Below, one piece after another: positions 32,467 through 40,621 of a stretch of 64,000 nucleotides of DNA (the first letter of the stretch is position 1; each line of letters starts with the position of its first letter). Made by a program: the position numbers and the translations under genes. The notes beneath the pieces were generated by a model. It was not told the origin of the DNA. It was given only the letters and a program-made list of their open reading frames with translations, and ran no database searches. The stretch lies in the NCBI GenBank assembly GCA_963823665.1, contig CAWGMQ010000010.1, forward strand, positions 992,001 to 1,056,000, read 5' to 3'. This DNA comes from an uncultured Planctomycetota bacterium. GTDB lineage: Bacteria > Planctomycetota > Planctomycetia > Isosphaerales > Isosphaeraceae.

Positions 32467-34932
32467 TCAGGGACGCACCGCAATATTGAAGCGTTGGGTC
32501 GTCGTGCCCAGCGACTCCTTGCCGGCGGAGACAACCTTCTCGATACCCCATCCGAGGGCGGCCGCGTCCAGCTTGCGGGCTTCGTGCTCGAGAGTCGCGG
32601 AGACAACGACCTCGGTCGTGCCCGATTGATCGGGTGTTCCCGAAAGAAGGCCGCTCGCCGGATCGATCGAAAGCCACCGTGGTCCTCGCTCGATCGTGAA
32701 CCGAAGGCGCTCGACATCCCAGAAGCTCATGGTTTCCTTGCCGTTCACGACCCGGGTCCGCAAGTCGCCGAGCGATCGGATGGCCAGAAGCGGATAGCGA
32801 TAAGCGGCCCCCTTTGTTGCCAAAGTCACTGGCGCGCTGACCAGGAGCGGGCGCGGTGCAGCGGCGTAGTCGGAAGGCCCGCTGCGATTATGGACGTCAT
32901 CGACGGCGACAACGCGGTAGAAGGCCTTGTTACCTTCAGCCGGCTTCACACCGGGGCCCAAGACCTCTAGCTCGGTGCTCGAGGTCTCGGCGACGAAGTT
33001 CGCGGGGAACTCCGATGGCAGATCCCGAGATACGCCCACGGTGACCTGGTAGGATGTGTCGCTTGCGGAGAAGCCCTTCTCGTCGCTGGCGTAGACGCGG
33101 TATGCCACGGGCTTGCGGCCCATGGGATTTGGTGCCCAGCGAAGGACGCCGCGAGTTCCGTGGGGTTCAACTTCGAGGCGCACGCTGTGCGGAGGAGCTG
33201 GTCCGCCCGCGGTGAACGTCCAGGTTGGGCTCCAGGGTCCCCAGACGCCCTGGCCGTCTTTGGCACGCACATGCCAGTAATACGTGGTGCCGGGATTGAG
33301 CAGGCCGGGTCCCGGCAGGGTATAGCGAGGATGGCCGGATAGGGCGGTGCGGGAGATGAGCTTGGCGAAGCTCATCGAAAGCGGCCACCTCATGTCGGCG
33401 CGCGAAGAAAGCTCGAAGTGGTAGTCGGCGATCTGGTCGCCGTCGGGATCGGCCGCGGGGCGCCATTGGAACGCAATCGCCGTGCTGGCGGTGGTTCCGC
33501 CGGAAGCTGGGAAAGTCGGTTCGGCAGGCACCTCCGGCGGCCGGCTCGCGGATCGCTCGACCCAGTGGTGCGTGATCTGGACGCGCCGGTCGCCCGGCGA
33601 CTCGTCGGCGTAAGTGAACGTGTTCGAGCCGATGCCCATCTCTGGCAGAGTGAGCGGGGCCATCTGGAGGTCGTTGGTGATCGAGAGCCGCCCCAATCGT
33701 GCGGCTCCGGAGAGCTCGCACTTCAGGAAATAGCGGTACCGAGCGCGTCCGCCGGGAGGGAAGAGTGCGTCGAGATCGCGATCGATCGTCTGCCACGAGC
33801 TTCCGTCCCACGAGAGCTTGAACGTCGCGCCGGCCGCTTGGGCGTCGAGCCTTCCGCCGACGATGACGTAGGGGCAGGCGATCGGCCAGACGATCGTGCC
33901 GGTTTTGCCTTCTTCCGGAACGAGTGCGCCGCCTTGCTCGCGGATGGATTGAACGCTGTCGGCACCGGCGCGCCAGGACGGATCGTTGAAATCAGGGCGG
34001 TATTCCCACAGACCGTTGCAGATTCTGTCGGGGAACCTGGGCTGGCTCGAGCCGTGGTACTTGATCGGACTGGAGTGGCCCCAGCGCCAGACGATCGCTT
34101 CGTGGGGTCGCAACGTCATGTTCATGGACGAGATTGCCGAGTTGCGGTCGCCGGTCACCGGGCCTTCGAACACATAGATGGAAGACTCCCACTCATCCCC
34201 GGAACGGCGATCGGGCTGCAAGACGCCCTGTGTGTGGGTGCGCCGGATCAAATCGTGGTCGCGCACCAGGTCTTGCTCGCCGGCGACGGTTTCATTGTCG
34301 CGCAGGAGGTAGATTGAGTGCATATCCCCGTCAAAAAGGTGCCAGGAACCGTTATAGAACACCTGGGTGACGCAATGGCCCACCAGGCGTGCGGGTGCAA
34401 CCTTGAAACCGGCGGTCTTCCACAGGCCGGCCAAAGCGATGGAGTCGTTGCCGCAGGTGTTGTGGCCATAGACGTTGAAGACTTTGACGGGATCGAGGAG
34501 CTCGTCGTTATCGCCTTCCCAGTGGAAGCGGTGCTGGATTTGTTGCCACCAGAGCGCGCGGGCTTTGTCGCTATCGGTCATGCCCGGCTGGATGGCGCGG
34601 CTCACGATGCGATCGATGGTGCGGAAGTCAGCTCCGGCACGCGTAATCCAGGGATTCACGACGTTGGTCTTACCGACGTTTTCCATCCGGACGGAGCGGT
34701 TTGACTCCCACGTTTGCTCGAAGGGTTGCCAGACACCCTGGGGCGAGCGGCAGTTGCGGCCGTCCATCGTGCCGTGCTGAACGACGCGGTAGTCGACGCG
34801 TCGGCCGTTGATTTCTTGGACGTGCGTTTTGGCGATGTCGCTGGGGTGATGGTTTGAGGCCCACGGCGCCAGAGTATCTTCGGGTGTCTGGCACAGAAGG
34901 AGAACGAACAAGGGCAGCAGTGTGAACCCCAT
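32467..34932 (-). CDS. Secreted protein with transglutaminase-like Cys-His-Asp core, FN3-like domains and C-terminal putative Ig domain
   Basis: Signal peptide MGFTLLPLFVLLLC; YGHNTCGNDS..GHCVTQVFYNGSWHLFD; LNPGTTYYWHVRAKD..WGPWS and FYRVVAVD..SGPS (FN3); GPRWLSIDPASGLLSGTP (Ig). Confidence 0.75.
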   Translation of the reverse strand: MGFTLLPLFVLLLCQTPEDTLAPWASNHHPSDIAKTHVQEINGRRVDYRVVQHGTMDGRNCRSPQGVWQPFEQTWESNRSVRMENVGKTNVVNPWITRAGADFRTIDRIVSRAIQPGMTDSDKARALWWQQIQHRFHWEGDNDELLDPVKVFNVYGHNTCGNDSIALAGLWKTAGFKVAPARLVGHCVTQVFYNGSWHLFDGDMHSIYLLRDNETVAGEQDLVRDHDLIRRTHTQGVLQPDRRSGDEWESSIYVFEGPVTGDRNSAISSMNMTLRPHEAIVWRWGHSSPIKYHGSSQPRFPDRICNGLWEYRPDFNDPSWRAGADSVQSIREQGGALVPEEGKTGTIVWPIACPYVIVGGRLDAQAAGATFKLSWDGSSWQTIDRDLDALFPPGGRARYRYFLKCELSGAARLGRLSITNDLQMAPLTLPEMGIGSNTFTYADESPGDRRVQITHHWVERSASRPPEVPAEPTFPASGGTTASTAIAFQWRPAADPDGDQIADYHFELSSRADMRWPLSMSFAKLISRTALSGHPRYTLPGPGLLNPGTTYYWHVRAKDGQGVWGPWSPTWTFTAGGPAPPHSVRLEVEPHGTRGVLRWAPNPMGRKPVAYRVYASDEKGFSASDTSYQVTVGVSRDLPSEFPANFVAETSSTELEVLGPGVKPAEGNKAFYRVVAVDDVHNRSGPSDYAAAPRPLLVSAPVTLATKGAAYRYPLLAIRSLGDLRTRVVNGKETMSFWDVERLRFTIERGPRWLSIDPASGLLSGTPDQSGTTEVVVSATLEHEARKLDAAALGWGIEKVVSAGKESLGTTTQRFNIAVRP

Positions 34933-35049
34933 GATCTTCTGTTCCCGGGAAAGCACGGTTGGCTGACAAAACTGTGGACGCGACGAAGAACGCACACATT
35001 GTATCCCGCCGGCTGTGCACAATCGCAGTCGCTCGACCGGACCACTCTT

Positions 35050-35095
35050 GCTCCTAATCTTAATCCTAATCCTAATCCCAATCTTGATCCTGCTC
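35050..35095. repeat. Degenerate hexamer tandem repeat (CTAATC/TTAATC/TTGATC)
   Basis: ctcctaatcttaatcctaatcctaatcccaatcttgatcctgctc. Confidence 0.8.
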
Positions 35096-35133
35096 CCGCC
35101 CTCCACGTTCAACCCTCCTCCCTCACCCACGAG

Positions 35134-35713
35134 TTCGTTTTGTAAATTCGTCGCGCGTCCTTACGCCACAAGGAGTACGGGAACTAAACAGCATTCCTCC
35201 CCCCCTGTGCGGGAGGTGCCACCGCAGGCGGTGGTAGGGGGATCGCGCAGGGAAGACCGCGCAGCCCAGCTTCCCCGCGCGGTGCGTTTCCGTCTCGCCT
35301 GACTGTCCCGCCTCATCTCCGTGACCTCGGGTACGCAGTGGTTCAAATTCTGATGCCCTGTTGCCGGAAACGATAGACATTGACGAGGAGGTAGGAAAGC
35401 AAAGGGAGCCGCGCTTCGCGCCAGCATCGCGCGTCCGCTGATTCTCCCCTCTGTAGTAATATGCGACCAGTTTCGACGCTCGGCAGCGAAAGCCTCCAAA
35501 AAAAGTGCAATCACTCAATTCACACGGCTGCAACGTCAGGAGTTACGGCTTTGCGCGATTCTTTTGTTATTTGTGAACACGCGGTTAATTGTTAACACGC
35601 GGCCGGCTGGATCCGATCCCCATCGGAAAGATCCCGGCAAGTCTCGCCCTGGGTCCGAGGACGCCAGAACCAAATAGCAATGGAGTACGTCGAATCCTCG
35701 CGATGAACCTCGA
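35134..35713. repeat. Non-coding duplicated element, copy 1
   Basis: Collinear similarity to 36480-37083: block ttcgttttgta.attcgtcg..ccttacgccacaagga; block tccaaaaaaagtgcaatcac..ttgcgcgatt..ttgtgaacacgcg; near-identical core 35607-35704. Confidence 0.85.
35196..35241. repeat. REP-like double hairpin (CCTCCC..GGGAGG; GCCACCGC-AG-GCGGTGGT)
   Basis: Two adjacent GC-rich inverted repeats inside the variable part of copy 1. Confidence 0.6.
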
Positions 35714-36206
35714 AGGCACTGGGTCCACGTAGAGACCACGCTGTTTCGGTGTGCCAATCCGATGCCCCCGGGGTCGTCGCGCGATCAAGCTCGCCACTGA
35801 TCCGATGGCCGCGCCTTTCGCTCGTTGTATCCGCATCGAAAAAAGCCGTTCCAACATAGTGAACAACCCGGTCGCATCCTCGTGGCAATTTTGGCGTGGC
35901 ATTGCCATGAGTTTTTCTCAATCGCCTGAAGACCCACACGCTAGCTCCGATCCTTTGATTCTGATTGGACATACGGAGCGACCATTCCCTCTGCAGATGA
36001 CTGTTCTGACGATCGAAAAATGGCAATAAGTGGCAATTTCCAGAGGGCCTTCAAGCATCCGTACACCGGTGTAAATTGGCCGCTTTTCAGCACCGGCCAG
36101 TGGCCGTCTTCCGTCCGTTGTCGAAGCTCGCGCAATGCAGTTGGAATCATGGTCTCTTCCCAGAAGGAATGGATTTCGACAACGGAGCGCACCGTGATGT
36201 GTCCGA

Positions 36207-36229
36207 GTAGGTCAGGCTTTCAGCCTGAC
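36207..36229 (+). repeat. GTAG-footed REP hairpin
   Basis: GTAG-GTCAGGCT-TTC-AGCCTGAC; the same element recurs at 48970. Confidence 0.8.
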
Positions 36230-36479
36230 GCTCTTCAAGATCACCCTTTCGGCCTGAGACGCGAACGATTTGCTCCTCGACTTCACGGTTGTTGGAATCG
36301 GTCCCGGCGGTTTCCGCACCGCCCGCCGGTGCGCACGCACGGCACCTATCTAGATGATCTACAAAACCCCAGATCCATTTGCGCCGAAGATGTGGTATTC
36401 GTCCATTTCGAGCGAGATTCCTCCACTCTCCGTCCACCGCCCCCCGTCCTCCGTCCTCCGCCCTGATTTTCGAGGTGAT

Positions 36480-37083
36480 TTCGTTTTGTATATTCGTCGT
36501 GCGCCCTTACGCCACAAGGATTAGGGGAACCAAATAGCACTCCTCCGAAAAGGCCGTTGAGAACCCCAACGCGAATCCTACCCCCGGCCAAGACGGCCTG
36601 AAAGGCCACGACAGCAAAGCCCAGGGCAACCGCCCTGGGTTTCCTGATTCGCCTGCTCGGAAACAGGGCCACCACCCAGGCGTGATCGATCGAGAAGGTC
36701 CATTCGGCGAGAGTATCCCAGGTGCGACTCGTGTTGTTAACGAAGAAATCGAATGATGCGTTGTTTGCGGAAAGGATGGACATCGACGAGGTGGTCGGCC
36801 CCCGCGCTCGCGCAACATCGCGCGCTCGATCTGTGTTGCCTGATATTATTATGCGACGAGTATTGTCATTTCGCAAAACCAGCGTCCAAAAAAAGTGCAA
36901 TCACCCAACCGACACGCCTGCAACGCCACGAGTAACGGTTTTGCGCGATTTCTTTGTTAATTGTGAACACGCGACTGGATCCGACCCCCATCGGAAAGAT
37001 CCCGGCAAGTCTCGCCCTGGGTCCGAGGACGCCAGAACCTGATAGCAATCGAGTACGTCGAGTCCTCGCGATACCCGCTCGAT
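36480..37083. repeat. Non-coding duplicated element, copy 2
   Basis: Direct repeat of 35134-35713; core 36975-37072 differs from 35607-35704 at about 5 of 98 positions. Confidence 0.85.
36595..36639. repeat. REP-like double hairpin (GGCCT-GAA-AGGCC; CCCAGGGC-AACC-GCCCTGGG)
   Basis: Two perfect short inverted repeats inside the variable part of copy 2. Confidence 0.7.
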
Positions 37084-37204
37084 ACAGCCAGAGGCGCTCG
37101 CGAGGAGGCAGGGCCGTAGCCCGTAGAGCGGCTTCCCTGCTAACATCGGACAATCCTCGGCGGGCCAGCCCGCTGAGCTGGCTCATTCGGCGGCAGGAGG
37201 CGGA

Positions 37205-37684
37205 ATGGATCAACTCTTTCTGAACTCGGTTGGCTTTCCCATCCGCAGTGGCGCCTTGTCTCGTAACCGGGACGAGGCGGGCGTGCGTAGTTGGTGTATC
37301 GAGATCCACTGCGAGGAGTCGCCGCAGTTGGACTATCGCAACTGGCCGGACGACAGGGAGGAAGAAGAGTTGGATTGGCTGGCCGGCGAGGAGCCGTACC
37401 TCTATGCGCAGATGTTGCCACTTCCGGCGGACTCGCCCGACGAGTTGGTGGGCCGGACCTTCTCGTTCCCTCAGTCCCCGGACGAGCCAGCGGACTGGGA
37501 TCGGGGTGTAGGGTGGCTCTTCTTCGGCGTGTACCTGTTCGAGCACAACCTCGTATACCCGACAACCATCGACTTCACAGAGCGGCAGGAGCAGCGGATT
37601 CGGGTGAAGATTGCTAGCTCATACCCCGTCGGTCAGGGGCACTACGAGCTTCGGGCCGAGGCGTGGCTGGACTGGGTCGAGTAA
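37205..37684 (+). CDS. Hypothetical acidic, aromatic-rich protein
   Basis: AGGAGG RBS just before the ATG; protein-like composition; no family recognised. Confidence 0.7.
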   Translation: MDQLFLNSVGFPIRSGALSRNRDEAGVRSWCIEIHCEESPQLDYRNWPDDREEEELDWLAGEEPYLYAQMLPLPADSPDELVGRTFSFPQSPDEPADWDRGVGWLFFGVYLFEHNLVYPTTIDFTERQEQRIRVKIASSYPVGQGHYELRAEAWLDWVE

Positions 37685-37727
37685 CCCGCGGAGCTCCACC
37701 CATTTTGATCGTGATGAGAATTCCAAA

Positions 37728-38030
37728 CTACGGCCCTGCCGTCGCCGACGGCAGGATGGAATCGACCGCGATCTCTCCAAGGATTTGCCCGTTGATCACG
37801 ACTGGCACCGATTGCCCGGGTTTGAAGTCCATTCGCGACCGGTAGAAACCAGGGCCGGCGTCGGTGTAGACCTCGATCTGCCGATCGACGAGGTTGATAT
37901 TCCAGTGGACAGGAATGCCGCCCCTGGCATAAGCGGGGAGCTTTTTATTCCGGTCGCGATCGAGAGTCGTCAGCGACACCTCGATCACCAGGCCCACGTC
38001 ATCAGGCTCGGGGATCCTGTGCTCGCAGGC
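37728..38030 (-). pseudogene. 5'-truncated Uma2-family gene fragment
   Basis: EHRIPEPDDVGLVIEVS..DRDRNKKLPAYARGGIPVHWNINLVDRQIEVYT matches a Uma2 C-terminal half; the N-terminal ELIDG half is absent before the upstream gene end at 38161. Confidence 0.7.
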
Positions 38031-38160
38031 GTCACACTGGTCCTCGGCTCCATCGTTACCCAGGAAATCATCGGAGAGGTGAATTCGCGGAGCGAGCAGG
38101 GCAACCCCGGGTCGCAGTAAGAGCCTCGCGCTCCCGGGACGTCCGGCGCGAACCCGAGCC

Positions 38161-40032
38161 CTACGGCTTCTCCGGCAGGGCCAGGGCCAGCGCCGCGGTG
38201 GCCCAGCCGCTCGCGGCCACGGCGATGAACTGGTCCTTACCGTAGGGGAAGCCGCTCTCGAAGTAGAGCTGGAACGGGTTGCTCCGGGAGGCGACGAACC
38301 AGGTGCCGTCAGCCTTCTGCGTGCGCAGCAAGAATGCGACCCCGCGCCGGTACGCCGGATCGTCGGTCGCCAATCGGCCGGCCTGGTGCAGCGCCACCAG
38401 CGCGGAGCCGGTGGCATACGCATCGCTTGTCAGCTTGTCGGTCTGCGCCCAGCCCCCGTCGTTTCGCTGGGCCGCCAGCAGGTCCCTGCCGGCGACCTCG
38501 AGCTCGGCGGGCGACGCGTCGGCATACTTCAGGCCCCAGAGCCGGAAGACGCGGTCCTCGGTGTCGACCGGGCTGCTCGCGGCCAGCCAGGCGCGGGCCC
38601 GGCGGGCCCGATCGTTCACGGCGCCGGTCCGACTCTTGGTGCTGTAATACCGCAACGCCCGGAGCGCCAGGGCCGTGGCCGTGAAAGGGCTCGCCTCGAT
38701 CGGCGGACGCCGCGAGGTCTCGGTCCAATGGTCGCGATCGGGATCGGACTTCAGCAGGTATTCCGTCACCACGGCGGTGACCTCGTCGGCGGGACTCCCG
38801 GCGGCTTCGAGCGTCCATAACGCGTAGGCCGCCCGGGTCGCCCCGCCGGGCTGCCCGCGCCCCTTGCGATACTGCCCCAGCGCGCTCTCGAGGTCGGCCA
38901 GCGTAAGGGCCATCGTGCCCTCGAAGGCCTCCTCATCGATCGCGAGGCCGCGGGTGCGGGCGATCTGCAGGGCGACGAGCGGGACCGCGTGATTGTGGCA
39001 CGAGAAGCAGTCACGCTTCTCGGCGTAGACGATCAGGCCCTTCTGCAACGGCGGCAGGGCCTTCGCCACCCCCGCCCGGATCCGATCGGGCGTGGCATCA
39101 TCGGGCTTCGCGACCTCTCCCGGGTCCTTCCCGGGCTCGCGGGCCTGGGGCCGGTCCGTCACCGCTGTCGCCGCGGTGCGGTCGAGATGTCGCAGTCGAT
39201 CGAGTCCGGCGGCGGTGATCTTCGTGTCGTCGTGCTTCAACCGCTTGAGGTGCGGGAGCGACTCGAGCGCGACGAGGCCGGCGTCGGTCACCCGGGTGCC
39301 CTTGAGGGAGAGTTCTTCCAGGTCAGTCAGTCCGACCAGGTGGGCGAGGCCCGCGTCGGTGATCTCATTGCCATCGAGCGCGAGCCGCCGCAACCGAGAG
39401 AGGCCGCGCACGCTGCGCGAGCCCCGCGTCGGTGATCTTCAACCCGATCAGGTCGAGCTCCTCGAGACTCGCCAGGTTCGCCAGGGCCGCCAGCCTGGAA
39501 TCGGTGAGATCCAGCTCGACGAGGCTGAGCGCCTTCAGGTGCTTGAGCGATGCGAGATGGGACAGCCCCGGGCCGGACACCTCGCACGAACCCACGAGCA
39601 GCTTCTCCAGGCCACTCATCGTCGCGACGTGCTCGAGCCCTCGATCGGTCACCCTGGTGTCGTAGACGACGAGGCTACGCAAGCCCCCCCCTCGCAGCCG
39701 GGCCAGCCCGGCGTCGGAGATCCGCGTCTGGGTCAGGTCGAGGGTCCGCAGCGACGACAGGCCGCGCAGCTCGCCGAGCTGATCGTCCGTGACGCGCGTC
39801 GTGTTCAGCCGGATCTCGACGATCGGCCGCCCGGTCGCCTGTTCGTCAAGCCGGACTTCGCCGCCCAGTCGCGCGACCAGCGCGACGGCGCGATCCCGCA
39901 CGGGATCGCCGCCGGGTGGGCCGGCTTGCACATCCCCGGGGGTCGGGCAAACGAGGCGCAGAAGATCGGGATGAGCCCGCCAAGCTGCCTCAGACCGCCC
40001 GCGAGCCGCCAAGTCCTCATCCCGTCGCTCAT
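38161..40032 (-). CDS. LRR repeats fused to a prenyltransferase/squalene-cyclase-like alpha-barrel domain (frameshifts ~39930 and ~39415)
   Basis: Repeats LxxLDLxxTxITDAGLxxL in ORFs 39365..40063 and 38161..39411; CFSCHNH; QW-like AQRNDGGW and TQKADGTW; SDAYATG; FESGFPYGKDQFI. Confidence 0.8.
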
Positions 40033-40621
40033 ACGATGGCCTCCGCCGATGGAGACATGTCACGAAGATTCATCTCGCAACCGTATGGGACACTGTTCGG
40101 CCGCGGTTTGCAAGGGGCGATGGGCGGGATTCCGCTCTGACCCGAAGATCAATTCGCGAGCGTCCGGAAGTGGAAAGTGTCGAGGTCGTCCGCCCGGCGC
40201 AGGATCCGGATCGGCGGCTCGTCCGGCCGAATCTCCAGGTTTGCCGCGACGGAAGGCGAAATCGCGTTTTGACCCGATTGTCCAGTAGCGAGCCGCGCAC
40301 CCACCGAAAACCGAAACGCATCCCGCATTCCGGGCACCGCTGCCGTCTGAGACTACAACGCAAGGCATGAACGGACAATGCGTTGCAATTGATCGCGTCG
40401 TGAATCGCCGACTCGCGAAGCGCTGCAACTCGTCGACTCAAGCGGCCGGCAAACGGCCTCGTGATGCGAAGTCGCGACACGACAACACCGCTCATCCGTT
40501 TAGAACGTACTACGCTAGATGCATCGCGCGTGCGCGGCCGAATGCTTGAAGGTCGCCGCCGGACGCCGCGGGTTCCGACGACCAGGGCGCAACAGGCTTG
40601 GCTGCCTCGAGGAGAGCAACG

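Noticed and set aside
35123..36900. Paralogous minus-strand ORFs 35123..35533 and 36346..36900 as real genes
   Set aside because: Similarity is limited to the shared DNA blocks, the middles are translated REP hairpins, and there is no clear RBS or protein-like composition; not excluded as eroded gene remnants.
35607..37072. Near-identical ~98-nt repeats as a DGR template/variable repeat pair
   Set aside because: Differences include T/C and G/C, so they are not adenine-restricted; neither copy sits at the 3' end of a credible gene; no reverse transcriptase is in the window.
28985..37100. Repeats as a CRISPR array
   Set aside because: No series of equal-length repeats with unique spacers, and no cas genes.
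40440..40500. c-di-GMP-I riboswitch upstream of the lysozyme operon (GGCAAAC seen)
   Set aside because: The following stem, GNRA loop and GACGCAAA elements could not be formed.
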